Source: Torpedo marmorata
Lineage: Eukaryota
Length of the DNA stretch: 64,000 nucleotides
Assembly (NCBI GenBank): GCA_977017645.1
Contig: OZ360254.1
Coordinates: forward strand, 5,580,001-5,644,000
Direction: 5' to 3'
The notes beneath the pieces were generated by a model. That model did not search any database, was not told the DNA's origin, and saw only the letters and a program-made list of their open reading frames with translations. Position 1 is the first letter of the stretch. Each line of letters opens with the position of its first letter. Below are positions 1 to 12,182 of this stretch, in pieces. The translations under genes were made by a program, and so were the position numbers.

Positions 1-1643
1 ACATGTACATGGATGGGAGGGGTATGGAGGGCTATTGCCTGGGTGCAGGTCAGTGGGACTAGGCAGAAGAATGGTTCGGCACAGACTAGAAGGGCCAAAG
101 GGGCCTGTTTCTGTGCTGTAATGTTCTATGGTTCTATGATTTGGCAGATGAATGCGTGGCTAAAGAATTGGTGCAGGGGACAGGGGTTCAGATTTCAGGA
201 CGATTGGGATCTCTTCTGGGGAAGGTACGATCTGTACATAAAGGACTGGTTACACCTGAACTGGAGAGGAACCAATATCCTGGCAGAGAGGTTTGAAAGA
301 GCTTTTGGGGAGGTTTTAAGCTAGTTTGGCAGGGGGATGGGCACCAGAATGATAGGGCAGAGAATTGAATAGATGGTGGAAAGGCTGATGCAATGTGTAG
401 TGAGATTGTGAGGAAGGACAGGCAGTGGAGGGAGCAGAATTGTAGTCAGTAGGAGGGTTTGAAATGTGTTTATTTCAATGCTAGATGTATGAGGAATAAG
501 GGAGATGAACATAGAGCATGGATCAGTACAAGGAATTGCGATGTTGTGGCCATTATAGAAACTTGGCTGACACAAGGACAGGATTGGCTGATGCAAGCAC
601 CGGGGTTTAGATGTTTCAAAGGGGATAGGAAGGGAGGTAAAAGAGGGGGGGTAGCATTACTAATCAGGAACAGAATCACAGCTGCAGAAAGGGATGGAGT
701 GTCCACCGAGTCAGTGTGGGTAGGAGTCAGAAACAGGAAGGGAGCAATCACTGTATTGGGAGTAATCTATAGGCCCTCAAATTGTCCTCGGGACACTGAG
801 GAACAGATAAGTGGGCAGATTTTGGAATGGTGCAGAAATTACAGGGTGGTTGTTACGGGAGACTTCAACTTCCCAAATATTGACTGGCTCATCCTTACTG
901 CGAGGGTTAGATGGGGCAGAATTTGTCAGGTGTGTGGACCAGCACACACCTGACAGAGAGGAGAGGCCATACTGGATCTAATACTGGTGAATGGACCTGG
1001 TCAGGTGACAGACCTCTCAGTGGGGGAGCATTTCGGTGGTAGTGACCATAACTCCCTGACCTTTAGCACAGCCATGGACATGGATAGGAATGGACAAAAT
1101 GGTGAAGTGTTTAATTGGGGAAGAGCTAATTATGATGGGTTTAGGCAGGAACTGGGGAGAGTAAATTGGAAACAGATCTTCCTGGGAAAAAGCACGGAAG
1201 TAATGTGGAGAATGTTTAGGGACCACTTGGGTGGAGTTCTGGACAACTTTGTCCCACTGAAACAGGAAAAGATGGTAGGATAAGGGAATCATGCTTGACA
1301 AAAGAGGTGAGACAGATAGTTAAAAGGTAGAAGGCAGCATACATTAGGTTTTGGAAGCAAAGGACAGGAAGGGCTCATGGGAACTATATGATAGACAGGA
1401 AGGAACAAGAAAGCTAGAAGGGGGCACAGAAGGCCTTGGCAAGTAGCATTAAGCTGTACGGCATTCTATTCGTATGTGAAGAACAGAAGGATGACTAGAG
1501 TGAAGGTAGGGCCGCTTAAGGATAAAGGAGACAACATGTGCCTGGAGGCGGAGTTGCGAGGGGAGGTCCTAAATGAATACTTTGCTTCAGTGTTCACCAG
1601 AGAGAGGGACCTTGGTCAATGTGAGGACAGTATAGAACAAGCT

Positions 1644-3200
1644 GAAAAGGCTGAGGACCCTGTGATATCTGTCTCTGAGGGCGACGTCAGAACATCATTC
1701 AAGAGGGTGAACCCTCGCAAGGCGTCAGGCCCTTACGGCGTACCTGGCAGGGTATTGAAAATCTGCGCCAACCAACTAGCCGGAGTGTTCACGGACATTC
1801 ACAACCTCTCATTGCGGCAGTCAGAGGTTCCCACCTGCTTCAAAAGGGCATCAATCATCCCAGTACCCAAGAAGAGTAGTGTGGGCTGCCTCAACGCCCA
1901 GTAGCACTAACTTCTTCTGTGATGAAATGCATTTAGAGGCTGGTCATGGCCAGAATTAACATGTACCTAAGCAAAGATCTGGACCCACTGCAATTCGTCT
2001 ATCGTCACAATCGCTCCACAGCAGATGCAATATCGCTGGCTCTCCACTCAGTTCTGGATCACCTCGAAAACAACAATTCACACATACGGCTGCTCTTTAT
2101 CGACTATAGCTCGGCCTTCAATACCATTATTCCCTCAGTGCTGGTCAAGAAGCTACAAACTCTAGGCCTCTGTACCTCACTCTGCAACTGGATCCTTGAC
2201 TTTCTCATCGGAAGACCACAGTCAGTATGAATTGGAAACAACGTCTCCTCCTCACTGATTATCAACACAGGCGCACCCCAAGGATGCGTGCTTAGTCCAC
2301 TGCTCTACTCGTTATACACCCATGACTGTGTGGCCAGGCACAATTCCAATGCCATCTACAAGTTTGCCAATGACACCACAGTTGTCGGCAGAATCACAAA
2401 CTGCAATGAGGAAGCGTACAGGAGGGAGATAGATCAGCTCGTTGAATGGTGTAACGACAACAACCTTGCGCTCAACGTCAGCAAAACCAAGGAGATGATT
2501 GTGGACTTCAGGAGGAAGTCAGGGGAACATGACCCAGTCCTCATCGAGGGCTCAGTAGTGGAGAGGGTCAAGAACTTCAAATTCCTGGGTGTCAACATCT
2601 CCGAGGATCTGTCCTGGACCCTCCACGTTGATGCAATCACAAAGAAGGCTCGTCAGCGGCTATACTTTGTGAGGTGTCTGCGGAGATTAGGTATGTCACT
2701 GAAGACTCTGTAAACTTCTACAGGTGTACCGTGGAGAGCATTCTGGCTGGTTGCATCACTGCCTGGTATGGAGGTGCCAACTCTCAGGACAAGAGTAAAC
2801 TCCAGAGGGTTGTTAACTCGGCCTGTGACATCACAGGCACCAAACTTCACTCCATCGAGGACATCTACATGAGGCGGTGTCTTAAAAAAGCAGCCTCTAT
2901 CCTCAAAGACCCCCACCACCCAGGCCATGTCCTCTTCACTCTGCTTCCATCGGGAAAAAGGTACAGGAGCCTAAAGACGAGCACTCAATGGCACAAGGAC
3001 AGCTTCTTCCCCGCTGCCATCAGATTCCTGAATAATCAATGAACCAAAGACACTGCCTTACTTTTTGTGCACTATTGTTTATAATTTTTTATAGTAATGT
3101 CGTAAGATGGTTAATATGAATGTTAATTTCACTGTGATGCTGCCGCAAAACACCGAATTTCATGACTTGTTCATGACAATAAATTCTGATTCTGATTCTG
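1644..3200 (+). mobile_element. Rex1/Babar LINE, 5'-truncated, inserted in CR1
   Basis: RT and C-terminal peptides near-identical to the 33100-36225 ORF; GACAATAAA(TTCTGA)n tail; TSD AAGCT at 1639-1643 and 3201-3205. Confidence 0.92.
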
Positions 3201-4410
3201 AAGCTTATGTGCTGGAGCAAGTTGGGGTTAAGAAAGCGAAAATGCTGGATCTTCTTAAAAACATTTGGATTGATAAGTCCCCGAGACCGAACGAGATATA
3301 CCCCAGGTTACTACAGGAAGGGAGGGAAGAGATTGCTGGGCTGTTGGCAATGATCTTTGCATCCTCCCTGGCCACAGCGGAGGTGCCGGATGATTGGAAA
3401 ATGGTAAATGTACTTTCCTTGTTTAAAACAAGTTAATAGCGAGAATCCTGGCAATGAGAAACCAGTGAGTCTTACATCAGAGGTGGGCAAACTATTGGAG
3501 AGGATTCTTAAGGACAGGATCTACGTGCATTTAGAGAAGTAGTCTTCTCAGGGATAGTCAGCATGGCTTTGTGAAGGGAAGGTCGTGCCTTACGAGCCTA
3601 ATTTAGTTTTATGAGGAAGTTACAAAAGAAATTGATGAAGGTAGGGTGGTAGATGTGGTCCATATGGATTTTTGTAAGGCATTTGACAAGTTCCCCCATG
3701 GTAGACTTATTCACAAAGTCATGAGGCACGGGATCCATGGAACCTTGGCCGTGTGGATTCAGGGTTCGCTTGCCTGCTGAAAGCAGAGGGTAGTAGTGAA
3801 TGGAACGTATTCTGCCTGGAGGTCAGTGCCTAGTGGAGTTCCGCAGGGATCTGTTCTGGGACGCCTGCTCTTTGTGATTTTTATGAATGATATGGACGAA
3901 GAAGTAGAGGGATGGGTCAGTAAATTTGCAGATGATACGAAGGTTGGAGGTGTTGTGGATAGTGCAACAGGTTGTCGTACAATACAACGGGATATACAAA
4001 GCTGGGCGGAAAAGTGGCAGATGGAGTTCAATCTGGATAAGTGTGAGGTGATGCATTTTGCAAGGTCAAACTTGAAGGCAGAGTACATGGTTAATGGCAG
4101 GATTCGTAACAGTGTGGAAGAGCAGAGGGACCATGGGGTCCAAATCCATAGATCTCTCATGCAGGTTGATAGGGTAGTTAAGAAGGCTTATGGTATGCTG
4201 GCCTTCATCAGATGAGGAATTGAGTTCAAGAGCCATGAGGTAATGCTGCAGCTCTATAAAACTTTGGATAGATCACACTTGGAATATTGTGTTCAGTTCT
4301 GTTTGCATCATTGCAGGAAGGAGGTAGAAGCTTTGGACAGGGTGCAGAGTAGATTTACCAGGAGGTTGCCTGTTTTGGAGAACGTGCCTTATGAGGCAAG
4401 GCTTTTCTCT

Positions 4411-4681
4411 TTAAATTTTTAAAATTAAAAATTTTAATTTAGACATACAGCATGGTAAATGTCCCTTCGGAACACAAGCCCGTGCCACCCAATTACACCC
4501 AATTAACCTACAACCCCCGGTACATTTTGAAGGGTGGGAGTAAACTGGAGCCCCCGGGGAAAACCACACAGACACAGGGAGAACATACAAACTCCTTACA
4601 GACAGTGCGGGAATCGAATCCGGTCCCGATCGCTGGCGCTGTAACATCGTTGCGCTAACCGCTACGCTAACCATGCCGCCC
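4411..4681 (-). mobile_element. tRNA-derived V-SINE (HE1-like)
   Basis: GGGCGGCA..TAGCGTAGCGGTTAGC head with A/B boxes, V-domain GAGTTTGTAYGTTCTCCC..CTCCCAC, CR1-like tail. Confidence 0.88.
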
Positions 4682-5369
4682 TTTGGAGTGAAGAAGGATG
4701 AGAGGAGACTTAATAGAGGTCTACAAGATTATGAGAGGCATGGATAGGGTGGACAGCCAGTGCCTTTTTCCCGGGGCAAACGTTGCAAATACCAGGGGAT
4801 ATCTGAACAAGGTGAGGGGAGGAGAGTTCAGGGGAAACGTCAGGGGTAAGTTCTTTTCCACAGAGTGGCGGGTGCCTTTTACACAGAGAGCTTTGGGTGG
4901 TTGGAATGCATTGCCAGAGGTGGTGATGGCTGGTACAATAGGGACATTTAAAAGACCCTTAGACAGGCACATGGATGAAAGTAAAATAGAGGGTTGTGTG
5001 TGTGAGGTAGGGAAGGTTTAGATTGTTGAGTAGGTTTATATAGGTTGGCACAACATCGTGGGCCGAAGGGCCTGTATAGTGCTGTAATGTTCTATGTGAA
5101 GCCACCTCTCCCCAGCCTCTTCTCATGCTCCTTTTGCCAGATTTCTCTCCCAGAGTTGAGGCCACCCACCCTGATTCCCAAATGCCCCTTCTATCTCTGC
5201 TCCATCCTGCTCCCAGCCGAACCTCTGATCAACTCCTCAAAGCCCTCCAGCCCCTGGTACCTGCAGATCCCCCCGGAGAGTGGGTGCGTGGGTCCCAGTT
5301 TTCTTGCGGAGGTTGGAACAACTCTCCCAAACATCACCCCACGATCTACATGCCGCAATCCAAAATGCA

Positions 5370-5625
5370 CGAGTGGAATAGATCAGGTGAACGCAGAGAG
5401 CCTTTTGCCCAGAGTAGGTGAATCAGTAACCAGAGGACATGGGTTTAAGGTGAGAAGGGAGGGATTTAACAGGAACCTTTTTACACAGGGGGTGGTGGGT
5501 GTATCGAACGGGCTGCCTGAGGAGCTGGTTGAGGCAGGCACTCTTGCAACCTTTAATAAACGGATGGATAGGATGGGTTTAGAGCGATATGGGCCAAATG
5601 TGGGCAGGTGGGACTAGTGAGAGTA
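5370..5625 (+). mobile_element. CR1 3' fragment
   Basis: TRGHGFKV..NLFTQGVVGVSNGLP motif. Confidence 0.8.
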
Positions 5626-5699
5626 GGATATTTTGGTCGTTACACACAAGTTGGACTGAAGGGTCTGTTTCCTTGCTATAGGACTCATGTCTCCCATTC

Positions 5700-6003
5700 C
5701 CAATACAAGTGCTGCAGCACTGGAGCATGGTACACAAAAAGTGCTGGAGAAATTCAGCAGGTCACACAGCAACTATTAGAAATAATGTTTTGGGCCTGAG
5801 CCCTTCCTCTTCAACCCTCCCCCTCTTCCCCCCACCTTTTTATTCAGGTGCCTGCCTGCTTTTTGCTCATACCTTGTCGAATGGCCCAGGCCCAAAATGT
5901 TGGTTACCCTTTATTTCCTCTGGATGCTGCGTGACCTGCTGACATTCTCCAGCACTTTTGTGTATTGCACTCGGTCTCAGCGTCAGCAGACCTTCCCGTT
6001 TAA
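5700..6003. mobile_element. Penelope-derived palindromic mini-element
   Basis: Inverted arms GTGCTGGAGAAATTCAGCAGGTCA / TGACCTGCTGACATTCTCCAGCAC; degenerate hammerhead-like core near 5870-5905. Confidence 0.65.
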
Positions 6004-6496
6004 CCCCACTGGAGCGCTGGCTTGGCCTCGCCTTCTGAGTGAGAGTTCCTCCATCTCTGTCTGTCTTGCTCTGTCTCTGGCCTTGACAACAACATTTATA
6101 TAAGAGCAGGAATTGGTCAAGAGATTCAAATCATTCCCTGAGATCAAGGATGAGTCAACACACTAACTTCTGCAGCCAATCCATCCCACATCTTATTAGA
6201 TGCCACCACATCCAACGACTGTGAGTCGACTCAAGAGCTCAGCATACACGGCCTTTGTGGAGGAGAATTCCCAAGACTGTGAGGGAAGATATCCCTCAAT
6301 TCCTATTAATCTGAGGACCAAACCTGTAAGTTATTATTCAATAACTTTGTCATATTCAGGAACTGCAAATACAATTAATATACAAGCTAATTAACGAATC
6401 AGTTTCTCAATATTGGACAAATTAATTCAAAGATTTTCAAATTGATTTCCAGATATATGGAAATGCGTCAATTGATAATTAAAGACATAGGATGTA

Positions 6497-6917
6497 CCGT
6501 ATATACACGTGTAATAGTCAATAAAAGTCAACCCCCCCCCCATTTTCGGCTCATAAATCTGGTATTTTCCATATATCGCGTGTAAACATCAACCCCCCTA
6601 TTTTTGGCCCCACCTGTCTGCCCACCGGAGCTCGTGACACCCTGACCGTGGACTCTCGTATAGGCCCCGGCCGTCCGCCATTCGTGCTCTTGACGTCTCG
6701 AACGCAGACTTACCACCCGGTCTCGGCCACCCGCCCATCCGACCTCCCAACGCCTCGAACGCGGACTTACCACCCAGTCCCGGCCGCCCGCCCATCCGAG
6801 CTCCCAACACCATTAACGACGCAGGTACTTACTGCGGTCAAAAGTAGTATCCGTGTAATAGTAATTTTACCCTAAAATTTGGTCCACAAAATTTGACTAT
6901 TACACGCGTATATATGG
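6497..6917. mobile_element. Non-autonomous pogo/Tc1-mariner-type MITE (CCG termini)
   Basis: 25-bp TIRs CCGTATATACACGTGTAATAGTCAA (23/25 match), TA TSD at 6495-6496 and 6918-6919; GC-rich interior with a ~57-bp tandem duplication. Confidence 0.85.
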
Positions 6918-7149
6918 TAAATTAAATTTATGTATTAAAATAACGTGAAGTGATAGATTGAAGCTGGGTGTGTGTGGGGCCCTGGGATCCAATGAGCTCC
7001 CAGACACCCTGAGAGGGTCCTGTGGAATCCTGTCATCAATTAGCACCGGTTGTGTGACAGGGAGAATAACAGCACGTTCAGGAACTGGTGCCGCTGAAGT
7101 TCAGATGGTGGCTTGTCTGCTCTCTGTCCCCAACTCTCCCCCACTTCCA

Positions 7150-8335
7150 CTCCGCTGCCTCCTCTCTCCCTTCTTCACTTCCCTTTTCTTTATTGTCCCT
7201 GTTTCTATTTTTCCTCCCTCCTCCATCCTACCTTTTCCCTCTCCCTACTCTCTCACAGCTATTTTCTCTTCCTTTCCTCCCACCTCCATCAACATCTTCT
7301 CTCCCTCTCCTACCTTTTTTATTTCTCCCTTTATCTCATAAACTTCCTCTTTCTCTACTTTCACACTCTCATTATCACTCACTATCCACTCTTTTTTTCT
7401 CTCCCCTGTCTCATTTCTCACTCTCTCTCACCCTCTCTCACTATCTCCTCTCACACTCCTCTCACACATTCTCTCTCTTTCTTTCATTCTCTCTCCACCT
7501 CTCTCTTACTCCCTCTCTCCTTTCACTCCCATCCCTTCACACTCTCACTCTCTATCACTCCATACTTTCTCCTTTTCACTCTCTCACTCATTTTCCCTCA
7601 CTCTCTCCTTCACACATACTCTCTCTCTTCTCTCTCTCTCCTCTGATGCTCCCTTTCACTCTCATTCCACACTCGCTCCTCTCTCTCTCCACTCTCTCTC
7701 TCTCATTTCTCACTCTCTCTCACCCTCTCACTATCTCCTCTCTCACTCCTTCTCTCTCACACACTCATTCTCTCTTTCTCACTCTCTCTCCACCTCTCTC
7801 TTACTCCCTCTCTCTCTTTTCACTCCCATCCCTTCACACTCTCTCTCTCTCCCCTCTCACTATCAATCCACACTCCATCGGGGCGGCACGATTAGCGTAG
7901 CGGTTAGCACAACGCTGTTACAACGCCAGCAATCGGGACCGGGTTTTGAATCCCGCGCTGTCTGTAAGGAGTTTGTACGTTCTCCCCGTGTCTGCATGGG
8001 TTTTCCCTGGGGGCTCTGGTTTCCTCCCACCCTCCAAAAATTGTACGGCGTTGTAGATCAATTGGGTATAATTGGGTGGCATGGGCTCGTGGGCCGAAAG
8101 GGCCTTTACCGTGCTGTATGTCTAAATTTAATTTAAAAAATTAAAGTCACTCTCTCTCCCTTCTCACTCTCTGTCATTCTCACTCATTTTTTCTCACTCA
8201 CGCCTTCACATACGCTCTCTCTCCCCTCTCACTTCACTCTCATTCCACACTTTCTCTCCTCTCTCTTCACTCTCTCTCCCTCCTTCACACACACACACAC
8301 GCACACACTCTCTCTCTCTCCTCCCATCCATCTAT
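7150..8335. repeat. CT/CA-rich low-complexity tract (interrupted by a SINE)
   Basis: Degenerate (CT)n/(CA)n sequence. Confidence 0.9.
7880..8143 (+). mobile_element. V-SINE (HE1-like)
   Basis: Full tRNA head, V-domain and tail. Confidence 0.9.
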
Positions 8336-9239
8336 CTTCCTGCCACTGCAGCAACAGGTCGATCTAATAGCAACTCTGATTATATTCTGGGAATGAGAAA
8401 CCATTTGACTTGTTCCATCAGTGAGCATCTTCCACAGTTTTCACGGATCATTTCTCATCTCTCTGCTCGGGCACCTGCCCTGGCTCTCTCAGGTTTCTTT
8501 GCTTTGCAATCTGTTTATTCTCCATTCCTTTGTCTTGTCTCTCACTTTCAGTTTTGTCCCATCTATCTCACCTGACAATCTCTCTTCTATCTGTCCGTCG
8601 TGCTCCATTCCAGGTGCCTGTCTCTCCCATTCACTGCTGGCTCTATCCATCTCAGTGACTGCGATATTATTAGGAGTCAACTTGATCATTCAAGTCAACA
8701 CAGCTGAAAATTCAATGCTGGCATCATGTTGCCTGAAGCAGAAGTTTCTGGAAAACATTAGCACTGCAGGCTACACGGTGGTGAGGTGTGATGATGGGGA
8801 TTTTGACTCCTGCCTGCAGGGAGTGCAGGACTGTGTGGAAAGAGGTTGGAAATGCACATAGATCACTGGCACTCCGTCCATCCCAGGAGTGGGGGGAGGG
8901 GGGGTCACAGTGGCTCGAGCCACTGCCTCACTGCGCCAGGGACCCTGGTTCGATCCCAACCTCGGCCGGAGGAGTTTCCCGTGGGGGTTACTCCTTCCAA
9001 CATCCCAAAGGCGAAGGGGTCGGTAGGTTAACCAGGCAAGTGTGTGCAGGTGAGGGGTAGAATATGGAGGGACTTGATGGGAATGTGGGGAGGATAAAAA
9101 AATAAGAGTAATGTGGGATTCAGTGTAAACAGTGGTTCAGATGAGTTTAAATTTGTCACAAGGTACCCAGTACAGTGAGAGGGGTTCTTCTGCGAGCAGA
9201 CCAACCGGTTATCTCTAACATTCATACAGCCGTGCACAG

Positions 9240-9763
9240 AGTTCCCATCCCATTCCCTTGCTGACATGTCTGTCCATGGTCTCATGCACTGCAAGACTGA
9301 GACCACCCGCAAATTGGAGAAACAACACCTCATCTTCCTTCTGGGCACCCTCCAACCGGATGGCATTAACATCGACTTCTCTGGTTTCCATTAAACCCCC
9401 CCCCCCTTTCTTCTTCCCCCTGTCTCCTTTTCCCCAGCTGTATCTTCTCCTCCATTTTCCCTCTGTCTCCTTTCAGAGCCAAAATCAATTCTCACCTTTC
9501 CTCTTATCATACCCAATTAACACCTTTTGTTGGTCTGGACTCCTCACCCTCCCATTCTTCAGTCTTTATTCTGACGCCTTCCTGTTCTTTCCTTATACCT
9601 TGAAGAAGGGCTCAGGCCCGAAATGTCAATAATATATCTTTACCTCCTATGGACGCTGCGAGACCGGTTGAGTTCCTCCAGCATTTCTGTGTGTTTTTAT
9701 AGTTTATGGACGCTGCGAGACCGGTTGAGTTCCTCCAGCATTTCTGTGTGTTTTTATAGTTTA
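9240..9763 (+). mobile_element. Penelope-like element 3' end (GIY-YIG C-terminus, 3' UTR, hammerhead-like motif)
   Basis: Translates HSLADMSVHGLMHCKTETTRKLEKQHLIFLLGTLQPDGINIDFSGFH*; CCTTGAAGAAGGGCTCAGGCCCGAAA at ~9598; terminal ~57-bp duplication. Confidence 0.8.
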
Positions 9764-10349
9764 CAAAGTATAGGATTACAATGAAAAGGCAGATCTTAAC
9801 ACCAACCTTAGTTTGATGGTCAGTGTGAACCTGGTGAGTCAAAGAAACCTGTTTCCGTTTCCATGACCCCCTAAGCAAATCTACTGTGCGACCAACAGCC
9901 CAACACGGCTGTGCTGGGACAACCAAGTTTTGGACGCAGGGGATTTGCCACCATCCTAGACACCCGTCAGGAGCAGGATTACACCACTTGGGCTCTTGAG
10001 CTGACTCCATCGTTCATAACTTTGTGACTGCAGCATTAACTCTGCGCTAGCACCTACCCCCAGCAACCTCTCATCCCCTCGCTCATCAAGGAACAACCTG
10101 CCTCCACCTCCACTTCTGCTGCACTTTCAAGGGGAGAGTTCCAAAATATCGCCATCCTCAGAGATAACAAATAAATGGACCATTCGTGTTCTGAGTGGGT
10201 GAACTGTTGTCTTTAAACAATGACCCCTGGCTCTAGGGAGTGAAACACGAAAGTCTGCAGACACTGTGATTGTAATTAAAAACACACCAAAATGCTGGAG
10301 GAAATCAGCCGGTCTCACGGCGTCCATAGGAGACAAAGATATACCGGTA

Positions 10350-10921
10350 CAGTGAAACCCCATTATAACGCGATCGTTTGGGTCCATAAAATGGTATCGC
10401 GAAAAAGCGGGGTCGCGTTAAATCGGGGGTTACACATATACAGTGAGAACATCATGAGCAGCGTGGAACCGGGTGCTTTTCGAAACTTGTTAACCTGCCT
10501 CACCTCCATTTCAGCCGAATCCCTGTCCTACCTGCACAACCTGGCCACACTCCGGCTGCGTTACCTGGGCATCAGCTCCCTGCAGGAGCCAAACCTTCGG
10601 CAGCTGTACAAGCTGAGGGAGCTTGCCATGCGCTGGCCACGCTGGAAGAGAGCGCACTGCCGCCGGCGCGCAGCCTGGCCGTGCTGCGCCTGGACAACAA
10701 CCCGCTGTGCTGCGACTGCTGCCTACGCTGGCTGCTGCGGACCAGCCCGGCTCTCAGCTTCGACCAGCGGCCGCCGGTGTGCGCACCTCCGGCTGACCTG
10801 CGGGGCAGCTGGCTGCCGGAATTATGTGGCGCCGCACTCCACCACTCGCTGGCCTGCCACAAGCCTGGATCCGGGAGCGGTCGCGTTATATCCGTATTCG
10901 CGTTAAATCAGGGTTTCACTG
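10350..10921. mobile_element. pogo/Tigger-type non-autonomous TIR element carrying host-gene fragments
   Basis: 24-bp TIRs CAGTGAAACCC..TAACGCGA (20/24 match); TA TSD at 10348-10349 and 10922-10923; internal subterminal TIR-like copies. Confidence 0.88.
10442..10866 (+). pseudogene. LINGO3: Captured, internally deleted LINGO-family (most like LINGO3) LRR/LRRCT coding fragments
   Basis: Three blocks: SENIMSSVEPGAFRNL; LTSISAESLSYLHNLATLRLRYLGISSLQEPNLRQLYKLREL; and, after a frameshift, LATLEESALPPARSLAVLRLDNNPLCCDCCLRWLL..LSFDQRPPVCAPPADLRG..LACHKP (LRRCT). The paralog assignment is from recalled sequence. Confidence 0.75.
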
Positions 10922-11244
10922 TATTGTCGACATTTCGGGCCTGAGCTCTTCTTCCTTGAGGAAGGGCTCAGGCCCGAAACATCGGCAATATATCTTTGTC
11001 TCCTATGGACACTGAAAGACCGGCTGAGTTCCTCCAGCATTTCGGTGTGTTTTTACCCCTGGCTCTCGGTTCTCTCTCATTCTCTCCACGTCCTCTGTGC
11101 TCTGTATCAAGTGCTCCCTCGCTCTTTTTAACTCCGTTGGATACGAGTCGATCACATCCAACTTTTCCTGATGCCCATTCTTTCAACTGGACTGGAGTTC
11201 AAAACTTCAGGAGAACATCACCCACAGGTTTTCCCATTTCAGTC

Positions 11245-11400
11245 TTCACCAATCACTTGCCAGCCTATGATTCACCAATCACCTGCCGGCTCGTGATTCA
11301 CCAATCACCTGCTAGCTCATCATTCACCAATCACCTGCTAGCTCATCATTCACCAATCACCTGCCAGCTCGCCCGTGATTCACCAATCCCCTGCCAGCTC
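11245..11400. repeat. ~26-27-bp minisatellite (TTCACCAATCACCTGCCAGCTC-like)
   Basis: About six degenerate copies of CACCAATCACCTGC. Confidence 0.8.
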
Positions 11401-11789
11401 GCACTCCTTCCCCTCCCTCCACTCACCCTTTCATTCGGGCTTCTGCCCTCTTTCATCCCATCCAGGACGAAGGACCCCGGGCTGAAACGGTGCCTTCCAC
11501 GGATGCTGCCTGACCTCGTGAGTTCCTCCACCATGTCATACATTGCTTCAGGGGAAAGTTATTGATTTTAATCTATTGCATTTTAACATGTTCAATCAGT
11601 GTTTTCTGTTCTATTTTTAAAATTAAATTTTAATTATTTGAAGCAATTTTGTTTAAGTGTGTTTGAGTATCTGAAGCCTCTGAGGGAAGGCTTGGTCTCA
11701 GGTTGAGCTATGACCCTGCCTGTGTTTGCTTTGTGGGGTCGGCTGAGGTACATCACCCCTCCTGGAGGAAGCAAGCTGCGTCCACCCTC

Positions 11790-12120
11790 CTATTGAGTAC
11801 AGAAGCTGGGAGATCAGGTTGCAGTTGAAAAAACGTTGGTGAGGCCCCATTTGGAGTATTATGTTCAGTTTTGGTCACCGTTCTGCAGGAAAGGTGTTGT
11901 CAAGCAGGAGAGGGTGGAGAGAAGATTTACGAGGATGTTGCCAGGACTCGGGGGCCTGAGCTGCAGGGAGAGGTTGAGCAGGTTGGGTCTTTATTCCTTG
12001 GAGCGCAGGAGGATGAGGGGAGATCTCAGAGGTGTACAAAATCAGGAGAAGAATAGATCAGCTGAGTCTTTTGCCCAGAGGAGAGGAATAGGGAACCAGA
12101 GGAGATAGGTTTAAAGTGAG
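11790..12120 (+). mobile_element. CR1 ORF2 3' fragment
   Basis: VRPHLEYYVQFWSP..LERRRMRGDL. Confidence 0.85.
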
Positions 12121-12182
12121 GGTGATGCACTCTCACACCTACTGGATCCAGAACAGTTACGATCTGACCCCCTCCCGCTAGA

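Larger units (their letters stand above)
141..5096 (+). mobile_element. CR1/L3 LINE, decayed (ORF1 C-terminal esterase part, ORF2 APE-RT, 3' tail); interrupted by Rex1 (1644-3200) and a SINE (4411-4681)
   Basis: ORF fragments WGRYDLYIKDWLHLN (ORF1), CVYFNAR..VAIIETW..YRPS..GDFNFP (APE) and SGVPQGSVLG..SKFADDTK (RT); 3' end GGGCCGAAGGGCCTGT..GCTGTAATGTTCTATG. Bases 1-140 are the tail of another CR1. Confidence 0.9.
10237..11056. mobile_element. Penelope-derived palindromic mini-element hosting the LINGO-carrying TIR element
   Basis: Arms ATGCTGGAGGAAATCAGCCGGTC..GTCCATAGGAGACAAAGATATA / TATATCTTTGTCTCCTATGGAC..GACCGGCTGAGTTCCTCCAGCAT. Confidence 0.75.

Noticed and set aside
6958-7900. Leu/Ser-rich ORFs
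   Set aside because: CT low-complexity artefact.
7880-7960. tRNA genes at SINE heads (all copies)
   Set aside because: A/B boxes run straight into the V-domain; no proper cloverleaf or acceptor stem.
10292-10906. 204-aa ORF as a functional LINGO gene
   Set aside because: Chimeric TE/LRR frame with a frameshift; lacks signal peptide, most LRRs, Ig and TM domains.
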